From Camelus dromedarius (taxonomy: Eukaryota): a stretch of DNA of 64,000 nucleotides. Under the pieces are notes generated by a model. It was not told where the DNA came from. It worked only from the letters and a program-made list of their open reading frames with translations, and ran no database searches. This document shows positions 1 through 14,049 of the stretch, piece by piece. The DNA lies in contig NC_087437.1 of assembly GCF_036321535.1 (NCBI RefSeq), positions 13,580,001-13,644,000 of the forward strand, written 5' to 3'. Each line of letters begins with the position of its first letter. The first letter of the stretch is position 1. Made by a program: the position numbers and the translations under genes.

Positions 1-784
1 ATTAGTTAAATAAAAACTTCAGTCAGTATTTTGAGAGATACATTTTGGGCAGAATGGTTTTCTTACAAAGGGACAACTGGTCTTGTTAGGTTTTCTTACC
101 TCCTTGTCCCTTTTCTCACCTTTTTGATTTCTTTGCCCACTCTCTCATGCCTATCCTTTTGACTCACAGACAACAAAAAAAATTTTCATTGCATGTGTTT
201 CCTATTTGAAAGTGACATTATCTGCGTGTCCCACTCGACAGGACTTCTGTTTCATTGTTCACACAGAAATCTCACTGTCAGTAATAACCTTTGTAAAAAA
301 GGGGACCCTCATCTAGAAACTAAATGCTCCTTTGAAAGTAACCTGTGCATTCACAGGACTCTTTGTATCCCGGGGGCATTTGTTATGTATTTGTTGTTGC
401 CATGGGCTTTCTGATAGTGAGACTGGTCCAGCGTCAGCTGTCAGGATGAGCAAAGCCTGCTCTTCATCTGGTATTGCTGCTTCCTGCCTCTCTGTCATGA
501 GAGGCAGCCACGTTCCTCAGTTCTGCTTTTCTTCATTCCCAGTAGCTCACATGTAGAGAACTTTTTAAGGCTATTCGCAGAGTATGACATCAACTCTGAA
601 TAACCCTATGAAGGAAGTAAAGGAAATCATGCCAAACGAGACTAACTTCAGTTGTTTTCATGACAAACAGTGGTGCAAGGGAGGAAACATCATTCCGAGG
701 ATATGGTTTTTCTTTAACTTCAAAGAATTCAATTATATTGCACATCAATTAAATAAGTCTGTGGAGTGGGGATAAATTAAAAAT

Positions 785-932
785 ATAGGGTATACATTTA
801 TGAATATATGTATGTTCATGTATAACTGAAAAATTGTGTTCTACACTAGAAATTGACACAACATTGTAAACTGACTATAACTCAATAAAATAAAATAAAA
901 TAAAAACAAAAACAGAAAAAAAATAGGGTATA
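785..932 (+). mobile_element. Severely 5'-truncated young L1 3' end
   Basis: ..gaaattgacacaacattgtaaactgactataactcaataaaa tail; TSD atagggtata at 785-794 and 923-932. Confidence 0.85.
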
Positions 933-989
933 AAAGAAACTTTCTTCATAATGAAGAGAACAATTTTCAGCTTGAAATAAAGAAGGTAG

Positions 990-1115
990 AGATTTGAGCT
1001 GTGTAAACTTGGGTTTGAATCCCAGCTCCCTTGCTGACCAGTTTTATGGTTTTGTGTAAGTTCTTTAATCCTTCTGACCTCATAGTTCTTATCAGTAAAA
1101 TGGGATTCATTCATA
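990..1115 (+). mobile_element. MIR SINE
   Basis: gggtttgaatcccagctcc..taagttctttaatccttctgacctc..gtaaaatggg core. Confidence 0.75.
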
Positions 1116-1244
1116 TTTGCTTTACAGAAAAAATAATAATGTATTGTATTTCATGCAGTGTAACACATTGCACAGAACAATTCTTCAGTCATGGTAGCAT
1201 TGAGCACTGTAGAGATGGATTTATAACACAAGACAACACTCTCT

Positions 1245-1400
1245 CCCAGGCCAGGCACTTTATTCATATTATGTTATTTAATTCTATTAAGACTTCTATA
1301 AAGAAATGCTGTTAATATTTTATAGATGAGAAAACTCAGACTTACAGGGTACAATAACTTATCAAACATCACAGAAATGAGAAGTTGTATACTCAAGGAT
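1245..1400 (-). mobile_element. MIR SINE
   Basis: ttttatagatgagaaaactcagac..ataacttatcaaacatcacag. Confidence 0.7.
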
Positions 1401-2661
1401 GTTTTCTGCTGAGTAGCTGAAAACAGTGCATGCCAAACACTCACGTGCACACAAATCACCTGAAGGTTTTATTTCACTACTAATACTGACCCAGGAGGCC
1501 TGGGCCTGGCCCTGAACCCTCCCTGTCCATGGAGGACCCAGGTGATGCTGACCTGCTCCTGCAGGGACAGGACCTGTGTTCAGGGTGACTGTGGAGAAGT
1601 GATAACTAATTGTGTTTCTCCCTGCCCCAAGATTCACCTTAGAGGGGATTAAGATTACCTGAGCAATTTAATGATCTCATAGCTGCTCAGATTAACTAGC
1701 CTTCACCTCGCCTCACTCACGTTTACAGTAATGCCGACAAAATACCAACATTTGGAACTTAAGTTAGATAACGATCATTCATATTTCCAGCTGGTCAAAA
1801 CAGGTAAAGGCTACACATTTTCACAAACTTAGACACTTATAACCTCTCAATATAACTCCAAAAGACTGAACAGACAAATTGTTTTACTTTCAACTAGGTA
1901 AACACACCTCCCTTAGACACCATAGCTATTGCTGCCCATTTTTACAAGTTTGGTTTTGTGTGATTGAAATCCCCGAGAGTCCAGATTTCACACAGCAGAC
2001 ACCCTGTGGCCCTGGAAAAGGTCTATACCTGAATACATAACTGAGTCCCCGGATCCCCAGAAAGCTCTAGAAAACCCCAACCAATTAGAGGCTCTGTCAG
2101 CTATTTCAGACAGTAATAAAACAACATGATGAAAACCAAAGAGAAGGTACTTAAATCACTGGCTTTAATAATGTGTCATGGTGATCTGAGCTAACAAATA
2201 CACTCCTGTTAGAGAGAATAAGGAAATCTATTTTATATGCAGGGAAACAGTCTCTTACCCAACAGAGGGAATGGAAAATGGTAAAGTCTTTCTTTCTAGG
2301 GCAATCATGAAATGCACATAAATAAACTTGAAAAAATTATATATCTTACTTCTGGAAATTCATCAACTTATTGAAAAGGCTCCACAAATATTTATTCATT
2401 GTGTATTTATTTTTAAGATTTATTAGTCATACCTTTTTCTATTCATGCATACATCATATATACAGTGTACTTATTATTTACTATGTACGATTCTGGATGG
2501 ATTTCACCACATTTAATTTAAAATAAAAAACAAGATATAATAAAAATATATTTTATTGGTTAGGTAAATTAAGGTACATACCTCTAATAAATTCTGAGTT
2601 ATTATTAAATGGCTTAATGCTGATAAATATTTACTGACATAGAATGATGACAAGAAGTAAT

Positions 2662-2870
2662 GTTTATTGAATACATACTATATATTAGGTACTAACGTGA
2701 CTATGTGCTTCACATTTCTCTCTCCTAACTCTGTACAGTGGATACTTTTATTCTCCCCCACTGTACAGATAAAGAAAATTGAAGCTCAGAAAGGCTAAAG
2801 TCAAGATTACACAATGAGTAAGAGGTGAACATAGGGAGCAAACCCAGCCCAGCGTCGTAATCTATAAGCC
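2662..2870 (-). mobile_element. MIR SINE
   Basis: tttattgaatacatactat..tacagataaagaaaattgaagctcagaaagg. Confidence 0.7.
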
Positions 2871-3379
2871 GTATCACTGATGTAATGAGACACTGCGTGT
2901 ATACTGGTAAGTGAAAGGAAAAAGTTCTCGGGTCCTCTATGGAACACTTTCAGTCTATGTAAAGATGAAAAATGAATATTATGAGGTGTTTTTCTCTGGA
3001 GACAGAAATATCGATGCTATAATTTTCTTCTTTTCCCCTGTTTATTTTTCCCAGCATAAACATAACCTATGATCCTTGACCACTCACCTAGTAATTGAAA
3101 TAATTGTAACTAAGAATAGGGATTTTTCTACTGTAAAGATTACTTACAAATAGACTCCCCCAACCTTCTGGTGACTTAAACACTGAGTTTAGGGAAAAGA
3201 CCAAGCAGCAGTGAACTATGACTGCTTGCAGCAAACCTGCTGTCTTCTGGCAAGAAGAGGGGCCTGGCAGACATCGAGGAGCTTTAGAGAGTGTGCGGTT
3301 GGTACAGCGATTGCCTGATTACCTCTCCAGTGGCACAGTGTGATGTGATATGGAATAGAAAAAGCATCTACTTCAGTGC

Positions 3380-3640
3380 CTGCACATTGAAGAAAGGGAC
3401 ACACCCAGAAATACTCAGATTTTGGGGGGAGATTATTAAACATTACCTCTGAGCCTGTGCTAATTTCTGGGGACCTAGTGCAGAAGACCACTATGGCCCA
3501 CCAGCCAGATGGGAGTTTTGACCTCAGTCTGTCTTGCAGTGGAACCAGCTGGTCCATAAATCCACCTTGCGATTACTTCCCAGTTCTTGAGAATCTAGTT
3601 GGACAGAGGTACTCAGAAATTGTCAGGCCTCGTGTCATTT
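3380..3640 (+). mobile_element. ERVL/MaLR internal fragment (protease region)
   Basis: Resembles the ERV-L motif ..GACTACTGGACACTGGCTCTGAGCTGACACTAATTCCAGGAGACCC..GGAGTTTTAGCTCAGGTC..TTCCCCAGTTC; degenerate here. Confidence 0.7.
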
Positions 3641-3839
3641 TTCCTGACACTGAGGACTGGAAGTTCTTACACAGGACATGCCAAGCTCCTCTCCAACAAA
3701 ACTGAACCCCAAGAGCGATACCACACACAGGACATACAGAGATTAGTGCCACCAGGAAAACATTTGAAAGACGCAGATGTATGAATCCTTCTAACACCTT
3801 CATCTAACATATCATGTAACCTGTGTGATAGATGGATGT

Positions 3840-4445
3840 GCTCTCTTAGCCAGGCAATCAAGGTTAACACCAACAGTGATCAGCCACATGGAGAAATCAG
3901 ACCCTTACATGATATGATGAGAACAGCACTTCATTTTCAAAGCTTAAGTTTTTCTTTCCCCAAACCCATAACCCTACTCTAGTGATGATAAAAATGTCAG
4001 ACAAATCCAAATGGAAAGATTCTAAAAAATACCTGACCAATACTGTTAGTGTTCCCCTCTCTCTGCTCATATCTAGTGCTCTGTCTGCTCTAACAATACT
4101 CCTCAAGACAGTCAAGGTTATCGAAAACAAGGAAATTTGAGAAACTGTCACAGCTAAAAGGAGCCTAAGGAGACAGGATCACTAAAGGTAATGTGGTGCC
4201 CTGGATGTGAGCCTGGAACCAGTAAAGAAGACATTAGGGGAAACCCGAGAAAATCTGAATAAATTGTGGATATTGGTTAATAATATGTATAAATATTGGT
4301 TCATTAATTGTGACAAATTACCATAATAGCATAGGGGTTAATAATAGGGGGAGATGTGTGTTGGGTAAATGGGAGCTCGCTCTACTATTTGTGCAATTTT
4401 TCTGTAAATTTAAAACTATTCTAAAACAAAATTTTATTTAAAAAT
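3840..4445 (+). mobile_element. Old L1 (L1MC/MD-type) 3' UTR
   Basis: caaggttaacaccaacagtgat..gaaactgtcacagc..taatgtggtgccctggat..attggttcattaattgtgacaaat..A-rich end. Confidence 0.8.
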
Positions 4446-4959
4446 ATGTCTATAAAATTGATCTATATCTTAATTAGGTGATGTCTCCAGTTACCACTGC
4501 TATTCCAAATACAGTAAGCCAACTCTAGCAAATCAGCACCTTTCCTGACATCTGTAAATGTGTGTTTTTTTAATTCCAATAAGCAATTGTGGCTTTTGTT
4601 GCTGTTTTGAATTTTATGTACAAAAAGAAGGACATATATAGGTGTTTATGTGACCAATACCAATGGTAGATGCCCTAACCATCTTTTTGAAATGTATTCA
4701 TTTTTAGATTTAAAAAAACACCATATTTTAAAAGACATAGGTTTAAACAATGAAAAATATTATTCTGAAGACACTATAATATAAAGTAAAATTTCATTTA
4801 AAAATCCCTTTATATTTCCCAGAATCTCTTGAGGTTGAAGTTTCCAAATATTATTCAAGTTTCTCTGAATAGATGCCCCCCATGAATTTCATGAATTTGA
4901 ATTCAGAAATGTTTTAGGCTGAGAGAGGATAGTGGTGTGCAAAGGATGTGCTTTGCCGA

Positions 4960-5270
4960 TGCGAATCTAATAAGCGTGGCTTGGCTCTGAGCAGGTAGCA
5001 GCCACTTTACTTGTGGGTTTCAGCTAAGACAGCGTGGAGCTGAGCAGACTGGCAGTGGCTCCAATGACTTCCAGATCCCAGTGAAGATGACCCGACGCCA
5101 GCACCGCAGGTACCTCGCATGGACTCAGATCTTTGCTGTTGGCTGGGAGTCAATCCTGGAGACCTGGATTTTCAGATAGATGATGATTCTGTTGACACCA
5201 AATTTCCCTGTATAAATCACCCTTCTTAAAATGCCAGAGTGGTTTCTGTTATCTTCAACTAAGCAATGAT
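4960..5270 (+). mobile_element. ERVL LTR fragment (LTR16/33-like)
   Basis: 3' motif tataaatcacccttcttaaaatgccagagtggtttctgtt. Confidence 0.5.
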
Positions 5271-5739
5271 TCATATAAGAGGCCAGAGAAGGAGCCGTTA
5301 ATAAGTGGCTAGGATCTCATGCTGCACGCTAAATACTTAGGAATATTTTTCACTTTTAAAGATAATATATAGCCTTTACAATTTTTTTGAAATATTGTGT
5401 ATTCTTGGACTATCTTATGTTTGTCCTCCTTAAAAGACACATTATAGAACTATTTCTTTACTGCAAAGATCATGAACACTGTGCAACAATGGTGCTAATT
5501 GGCATCACAATTGACCATGGCTTGGGGCATGTGTAGGGCATGGTGTGGACTATAGAAAACTCACAATGGAACCCTGAGCTGAGACACTATGACACTAGAG
5601 GATGGGGCAGCCAAAGAGAAAGAGGGTAAGTTCAGTGGAAGAATAACATCCTTCTCAACACTGGTGTGTTTCCCAGCACACAGTGGGCCCCTTTTATCTC
5701 ACTAGTTATGTGTGGCATTGCACTGATGAGGTAGTGAAG

Positions 5740-6060
5740 CAGAATTCATAAACTGATGCCCTGCAGGCTGGACCCACCCCTCAAAATCTTTTAGTTTGCC
5801 CAAAGCCATCTTTGAGAAAATTGAACACACGTTGAAAAATGAGAGTCTATTTAAACATACAGATGTCTAGTTTTGCTTGACAAATTGGAAAATCCAACAT
5901 TGGGAATGCCTTCCCATATGACAATGAGCAGCTGGAGCTGAGGGCAAGGAGTCCCCTATCCTGACCCCCATACTCTCTTTGATCACACAGGTCACACTGA
6001 GCTGTGATTGTCTCTTTGCTCATTTATCTTTCCCACTGGATTGTGGGGTAACTGTTTTTT
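5740..6060. mobile_element. hAT-Charlie MITE (MER102-like)
   Basis: cagatgtctagttttgcttgacaaattggaaaatccaacattggg..ttcccatatgacaatgagcagctggagctgag. Confidence 0.6.
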
Positions 6061-7353
6061 CATACCTATACCCCTCCCACCCTGACTTACACAGCATCAG
6101 CCAGCTAAAATGTTAATCCGTTTTTATTAAGTGAATGAATAGGTGTAGGTAGTCAAGGGATTTACTATTGATCATGTGAAAGTAACATTGATGGAATTCC
6201 TACTCTGCGTCAGACACTGAGCTAGGAGATTTTCATGTACTTGTCAGTCACGTAGTAAACACAATGGCAATGGGACAGGGTAGTAAAGGAAACCAGAATT
6301 GGGAACATTGATGAGACTCCTTCATAAATGATATGACATTTCAGTTGATTTCTGCCCCCCTGGGAAACAGACAAGTTTATGTGCAGGAAGTTCACTGGGG
6401 GAGTGCCCTCTACATCGGTATCCGTGGAAAGAGAAGCTGAATTACAATGTAGTTACAACAAAGCCCTCAGATGATGCTAAAGGCAGCTCTGCTGCAGGTA
6501 GGGTGGACCTACAGAGTCCTGATTTCAGCTGATTTTTAAAGGAAGGGTAAGATTTTAATAGATAATGGACATGGGACAGAGTGCTATTCTAGAGAGAAGG
6601 TTGTAAACCTGGGACAAGGCATGCATGAAGAATGAAGATCAGACTTTTCTATAACAATCCAAAGGAGACAAAAGCTGGAGAGGAATGTAAGGGTTAAATG
6701 CTGGAATAAAGTCCCGACTTGAAGCTTCAGATCTGATTCTATACACGCTGGATGCCGTTTATGTCGACACGGTCAAAGGCGCAGCAGAAAGCTTTAACTA
6801 ACCACAATTTGTAGAAAGCATTCCAGATGGAAAACTGTGGCTTGTGAAAGCAGGCAGTTTTCAAAGCACATACATATGTCAAACTTCATCAAGATTTACA
6901 TTTTAAGTAAGTGCCATTTATCGTACTTCAGTTAAACTTCAGTGAAGCTGAGCAGAAAGCAGGTGGGCCTTCCCGAATGCCTAATCTATGTTCTCAAAGG
7001 GGCAGAAATGAGCTAACGTTTATTAAATCTTACTAAGGGCAAAACAGTATGCAAGAGACTCCATCCAAACTGGTCCAGTTAGTCAGCAGAGAAGCCCTGC
7101 AAATGGGATGATATCATCTCTCTTTCCAGACACCGAAACTCAAACATCAGCTCCAGAGATCACAGAATTAGTAAGAAAGAGAGTTAAGGCTGGAACTCAG
7201 ATCTATTTCTCTTCTAAGCTCTGATGTTCCAAGTGGTGTCACACATGGTGACTATCAACATAGAACATAGACGTAGATTCATTCTCTAGTCTGGTGACAA
7301 GTACCAGGGAAGACTGGTGGGGGCAGGTACACGATCCAAATGAAAGACTTAGA

Positions 7354-8012
7354 TCTACGTTCATCAGGAGTCTCGGCCTGTAATGTTCGTGTAGTGTTCT
7401 TGTCTGGCTTTGCTATCAGGGTAGGGCTGGCCTTGTAAAAATGAGCTTGGAAGTGTTCCCTCCTCTTCAATTTTTGGAAAAGTTTGAGAAGAACTGGCAT
7501 TAATTCTTTAAAAATTTGGTAACATTCACCAGCGAAACCATCTGGTCCTGGTCTTTTCTTTCCTGGGAGAGTTTTGACTTCTGCTTCATTCTCCTTCCTC
7601 CTTATTGGTCTGTTCAGATTTTCTATTTATTCATGATTCAATCTTGGCAGGAGCTGGGGTATGGGAGAAATGCAGAGGGTTGGGTGTAAAGTTTTATGTA
7701 GGATAAGTAAGTTCTGGAGATTTAATATATAGCATAATATTTTAATTAATAAGTTATATATAATAATTAATTATATTAATTAGAATTAATAAAATATGCT
7801 GTTTACTTGAAATCTGCTAAGAAAGTAGATTTTAAGTGTCCTCACCACACAAAAAAATATTGTAACTATGTGAGGTGATGCATGTTATTTAGCCTGACTG
7901 TGGTAATCATTTCACAGTGTATACATATATCAAAACATCACGTATACCTCAAATATACAGAATTTTTGTTTGTCAATTATACCTCAGAAAAGCTGGGAGA
8001 AAACAAATTAAC
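7354..8012. mobile_element. L1 with 5' inversion: ORF2 fragment (-) joined to L1MA-type 3' UTR (+)
   Basis: The minus part (to about 7650) translates PVLLKLFQK..FYKASPTLIAKPDK (L1 ORF2); the plus part is an L1 3' UTR. 16-bp TSD aaat[g/t]aaagacttaga at 7338-7353 and 8013-8028. Confidence 0.85.
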
Positions 8013-10220
8013 AAATTAAAGACTTAGAAAAACTCCAAAACCTATTTTGTATTTTTAATAGACTCTCACACTCTAAGACATTCTTAAACTGATCGGAAAT
8101 TCAGTGAAAGAGAGAAGAGAAGGGAGAAAAGGGAGGAAGGGAGGGAGGGAGGAGGGAAAAAAAAACATACAGACAGATGAAGATTTTATCTCCTTAGACT
8201 TTTATGCCTTATTCACATAATATAGAAGTTCTGTTATAATAAATGTCTTAGCCAATCCAATCCACCTATCACGAGCACCACCTACTCACCTACGAAAGCT
8301 CATTTTTATCTATGGTGCCAATCAGTAAGCCAGTAATTTCACTAGTGGAAGCCCATGTGTTAGTTAACAATGACTCTTGTGTTGATCAGAAATAAAGACA
8401 GCGAAGTCCTGAGTGTGAACTTTCTGATGAGCCTGCCAGGGCCCTTCCTGGAATAGAATTCCTCTTTAGGACCCTGACAGGACTGATAGTGTAACTAAAG
8501 TGCATACAAGACATTTGGCCCATCTGAAGTATTTTAAAATAATTAAAATGTTCAGTAAAAAAAAATGTGGTTTATCTAACTTAAAAGATGTCAAATAAAA
8601 ATGTTTAATGCACACTAAACGACTCTGAATATCATTGTATCATCAATGAGTTGCAGAAGATTTAGGCAGAAAGTTGTTTTAATTATACAGTGATGGTAGA
8701 TCAAAACCTAGAGCTGGGTTGCTGTCACTTCTGAGTTTTAGAAAGCTTGTTCTTGCCCCCAAGTGTTTCATTGTGGTTGATTTGCCCACGTATTACTGGC
8801 TTCTTGAGTGTTGTGTTTGGAAATGTGTGTTGATTTCCAGTTTGGCATTATCCTCCTAGACTTCTTCTCTACTGAGTTACAGCTTCATTGGAGCAAAGAA
8901 ATGAATAATGGTGTTGAAAATATTCCTTATGCTATCTCTAATCAAGTGTTATATGAATTTCTTCCTATAGCAATGAAAAATATTGCTGCTTTATCACTAA
9001 GGAAAATGATGCATAGATACATTAAGTGACTCCTTTTCTCCACTGAAAATGGAGAAATGGACATTTTAGTCTGGTCTGGAATGTCACATTAGGTATGTGG
9101 TTTTGTCAAACATTAGGATGAAGGCTGAGAATAGCCTCTTAGTAATTTTAACACACAGTAGAATCTTTTTCTTCATTTCCCACATTTAATGTTCTCCTGT
9201 GCTTAAATGTCTAGGAAGTGTGTCAGAAAATATTAAGATAATTAATCTCAAAGAATTTCATATCTAGTCCATATAGCTATAGCATTTTTTTTTTGAGGGG
9301 AGGGCACAAGCCACCAAATTGTACTGACAGTAAAATAATAGTAATTCTCGTTTATGGTGGGTTTCTTGTTATAACTCTCATTCTAAAAAGTGTATCTCTC
9401 ACATAATTCGTAAACACAGGGGAAATGAAAATGTGACAAATTTTCAAATTTCTTCTTTATTCTTTACTGAAACGCTATTTTCGAGGCCCAAGGTTACCTG
9501 AAGATTGCAGAGAATTTGCATGTTTTCTTTTAAATTAGCATCTTTTCAAAGAAAGAAGACATATCAGTTTCCATTGTCATCACCGGGAGTGAGACACTGA
9601 GAGTCAAGATGAGTGGCAGAAAAGCTGATAAAGGAGTTGGATGATGGTCTAATTCCGAAACTGCTCAATAATGTATTGTGGTATGTCCTTATTAGAGGCC
9701 AGTGTCAAAAATAGCTTCCAGAAATGTGATGAGAGTATCACCAGAACTGAATTAATTTCCCAAAGAGAGAAGAACCCTATTTTGTCAATGTACAGTAATT
9801 TTATCTCCTCATAAAAATTTTACCTCAGTAAAAACCATGCGTATCATTGCTAACGTTCAACTTTTGCCCGAGAGCTGAGTAGGTATTTTCCATTTCATGC
9901 AATATGTCCCATGCAGGATGCCCCAGGCAACTTGTAAATGTACTGAAAATTTCCCTCCCCTACATTTTTCTACAGTATAAATTACACATTTTATGGCTAA
10001 TGTTCACCATTTGAGAGCTATGTAAGTATTTTCCAAATTATGCAATTCAGATGGTTACTTATAACTCAGGTTTCTGAAGGTCAGAGAGATACATACTTTA
10101 CACATTCAAGGTACATCATGAGTCTAAGGTGCAGAGTGGAAACTAAGAGTAAGTGAATGGGGAGAAATTCTTTCTAGATCTTAGGAAGCTCAGAGAATTT
10201 CAGGGAGGAGCTTGTGCCCT

Positions 10221-10222
<2 letters not shown>

Positions 10223-10249
<27 letters not shown>
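10223..10249. repeat. Poly(T) tract, 27 nt
   Basis: Direct read. Confidence 0.95.
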
Positions 10250-10253
<4 letters not shown>

Positions 10254-11629
10254 ACGTGGGAGAAGCCTTAAGATTTGTATGCCATCCTTACTTACACTGC
10301 TCTGGACTTCTTCCCTAACTTGCAGCCACGTACCGTCTCCATAGTCCTAGATTTCAAAAGTCACCAATGACTGGGGCCCACCCCTAGTGCCAGTGCTTCC
10401 TGCCTGTCAGGATACTAAGCATACTGATTGCATGGAGACTCTCCTTCCCTGTGGGGGAAAGAATGCTTATTAATTTCATTTTTCAGACTAGGACACTAAA
10501 GTAAAGAGGCCAAGTTCTCATAACCAGTAGAAGTGGAAGCTAATTTTGAATCCATAATTGTCAGATAAAACTAAGCAATCTATACAGGAGGTCCTGGGGT
10601 CTCCTTCCCACCAAAAAATAAAAAAGCAAAACAAAACAAAACCAAGCAATCTGTCACTTGTCATTTTCTACTACATAATATTGTCAATAATTATTTTCAT
10701 TTTAACACATTTCCTTAAACTCTTGGTTTCGTCTGGTAGTGCACTGTCTTTATACCAAGGATTTCTAGTCTAAAATATTTCTGCCTTTAAAAAAATAAGC
10801 ACTCAGAATGTTTCAGTAGATTCTGTAAATGTTTACTGGTTTATATTCTGTTTTCATTTCCTGGTCTTTCATTCAAGACATTGTCATCACTCTGCCACCT
10901 TGCTATCTGTTATTTGTCAGTCACTGACTGTCAGTCCTGTTTATTCTCCTCATCACCTTGACTCCAGACCACCTTTAAATCAGTACTGATGTTTACTGTG
11001 TTTCTGGATTATCCAAAATACTGTTGCTGTTTATTTTTGCCCTGACCAGAACGATCCTTGCTCTGATCAGTAAGAGATCTCTAGCATTGCTTTTAAAATC
11101 TTCTGTCATATGTATAATATGACCCAGGAGGTTGTTATGATTTCCTCCTCCTTTTTTCAGGGAGGAACCTCACTAACTAATAGATAATTAGAAGTTTGGT
11201 CATGATCTATCTTGCAAATTCCTTTTCTGGGACGTTCTCTAAGATTATGGGTTCTTTGGTCTTCCCCTCTTTCCCCCGGCCCTCCTTTCAGGGCCACCAG
11301 CTGCCACATTGAACTCAAAGCTGCCCTGCACTTGGTGGAGCTTAGAAAGGGCAGGGCAAGCAAGCCTTCCTTCTTACCATTCTGTACTTTTAGGTTCCAT
11401 AAACACATTTGGGCATATGAAATCTCTTTACCGATAGGGTCAAACAATTTTGGAAATGGTTTATAATATACAAGGTTCTAAGTATAAAGTTGAAATCAAT
11501 TTGGCCTCTCTCTTAGGTCTCACAAAGTGAGTGAGGGTGGGTGGGGGCCAACATGAGTCATAATCTCAGATCTGAGCTTCTCTCAAGTCTCTCATACTGA
11601 AAACTTCTTTTTATCAAGAAAGGTCCTGT

Positions 11630-12578
11630 AGGAAAAGATGCTCCACATCATATGTCATTAGGGAACTGCAAATTTAAAAAATGACATACCGCTGCACACC
11701 TATTAGAATGGCGAAAATACAGAACGCTGACAACATCAAATCCTGGCAAAGGAGTGAGGCAGCAGGTACCCTCATTCATTGCTGGTGAGACTGCAAGATG
11801 GCACAACCACTTTGGAGACATTTTGGCAGTTTCTAACAAAACTAAGCATATTCTTACCATACCATCCAGCAATCATTGTCATTGGTAATTACCCAAAGGA
11901 GTTAAAAAATAATGTCTACACAAAAACTTGCACATCGATGTTTATAGCAGCTTTATTCATGAATACCAAAATTTGGAAGCAAGCATGATAGCCTTCAGGA
12001 GATGAATGGATAAATAAACTATGATACATCCAGTTAATGAAACATTATTCTCTGCTAAAAGAAAAAAAAATAACTATCAAGCCATGAAAAGACTCAGAGG
12101 AAACTTGAATGCCTATTACTAAGTGTAAGAAGCCAATCTGAAAGGTAACATACTTAAAAAAAATAAAGATTCCAACTACATGACATCCTGGAAAAGGCAA
12201 AATTATTGAGACAATGAAACTTTCATTGCTTGCCAGGGGTTAGGGAGGAGAGACAGATGGGCAGGTGGAGAATAGGGGATTTTGGGGGGCAGTGAAACTA
12301 TTTCATATAATCCTTCAGTGGTGGATATAGGTCATTATACATTTGTCCAAACTCACAGAATGCCCAACACGAAGAGTGAACCCTATGTAAACTATGAACT
12401 TTGAGTGATAATGACGTGTCAATGTAGTTTCATCAATTGTAACAAAATGTACCCTTTGGTGCAGGATGTTGGTAGTGTAGGAGGCTGTGCATGTGTTGGG
12501 GAAGGGAGTGTGTGGGAACTTCTGTACTTTCGACTCAATTTTGTTGTGAACCCAAAACTGTTCTAAAAAATAAAATCA
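11630..12578 (+). mobile_element. L1 (L1MC1-like) ORF2 end plus 3' UTR
   Basis: cacacctattagaatggc..gtttatagcagctttattcat..gaatggataaataaact..A-rich tail. Confidence 0.88.
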
Positions 12579-13725
12579 ATTTTTTAGCAGGTTTTCAGTA
12601 GAAAATCTCCAAGGTAGAAATATCATTCAAGGACAAACATGTTTGTTTGTTGTTATTGTGTTTTTCAGACACATCCCAGCATAAGCCCTTATAGAGAGAA
12701 GATTATTTTCTCCATAAGCAAGTATTTACCTGCCCATGGAGTCAAAAGTCTCTATCATTATGATTTTTAAGACTTATAGTTCCTTTTCTTCTCTACTCTA
12801 GGTGTCAACTAAAGTCCTCCAAAGTTCTGTTAGCCTTGAATATCTGATAGACCTAGGGTAGGCTGTATCAGTGTGGGTTAATTTTTTTTCATCTTGAGGT
12901 CCTCTTGTGATGGGAATTAATTAACAGTTTTTTTCTATCCTTCCTTACATTTTAAAATAGATTTAATATCATCTTTCCTACTAACAACTGTTTAATTTTA
13001 TTACTCTCTAATTTAACAGCAGTGATATTAAAATAAGAGATGTAAGTAGGTCAACCAAGTTTCAGTCACATTCTTTACACTACAAGATATGTTTTATCAA
13101 AAAATCCTTATTTGCTTAGAATACATGAAAATGTCACTGCATAAATTTGTAATAGAACTATATTAATAATAAGGCAGAAATAATAAAGGCAGTATATGAG
13201 GTCTATGACCAAGCAAAGAAAACTTACTTTTTGCTATTAGCATTTCAGTTTTAACAGAGATCAGACTTCATTTATTACAGTTGGCATTTTTAATAAAAAC
13301 ATGATTATTAGCAGTGACAATGGTGAGGTAGTAAAGGAAGATCAAGAACCAAATTTAGACAACAGAGAAAAAAAAAAAAGAGAAGCCAGAAGAAAAGATA
13401 AATTTATAATGCAGTTAGCTGTTAGTGTCTAGATGAAAAATGCTTCCTGAGGACTGAATGTGAGGTCATTTTTTCATCCATGTCAAATAATGGGAACTAT
13501 TATGTATGAGTACTATCAATCTTTCATTTATTCAGTTAACTAGTCACTCCACAAATATGTGTTGCAATATACTGTACTGGGTTGGGTGGGATGTAAAAAT
13601 AATGCTTGAGACCCAGCCTGCACCATCTTTGATGCTTTAACCAGTAAAAACATAAGACACATAGACATATAATTTGATATAACTTGATGAATGATATATG
13701 AATGGTAGAGTACTCTAGTTCTAAG

Positions 13726-14020
13726 CAGTGTTACTCACAATGTGGTCTGCAGATCCAGACCAGTCTGAGGTTTGTCAACTGCCCACAGTGAGCAAAGTAC
13801 AGAATCTGAGAGTACCTCCACAGAAACTTTGATAGCATTTGACATTGCTGAAATATTCCATGTGATCAGTGGTCTTGAATGTTGAATCTAATAGTAAAAA
13901 TTGGGGGATAGTGTTTTGTATATTTTTATTTTGTTTTTCTAGTACTTCATTTTTACTGTAATTTATAAATGTGTCAGTCTGCAACAAATTGGGGAAGGGA
14001 ATTCATGGCCCTTCATTGAT
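13726..14020. mobile_element. hAT-Charlie DNA transposon remnant
   Basis: Terminus cagtgttactcacaatgtggtctgcaga, typical of Charlie MERs. Confidence 0.55.
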
Positions 14021-14049
14021 TTTTTTAAAAACCCTTAAATTCAAGGGAT

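Noticed and set aside
193..775. Short overlapping ORFs and a loose tttgaaagt..acaggact duplication
   Set aside because: No splice or homology support; consistent with chance.
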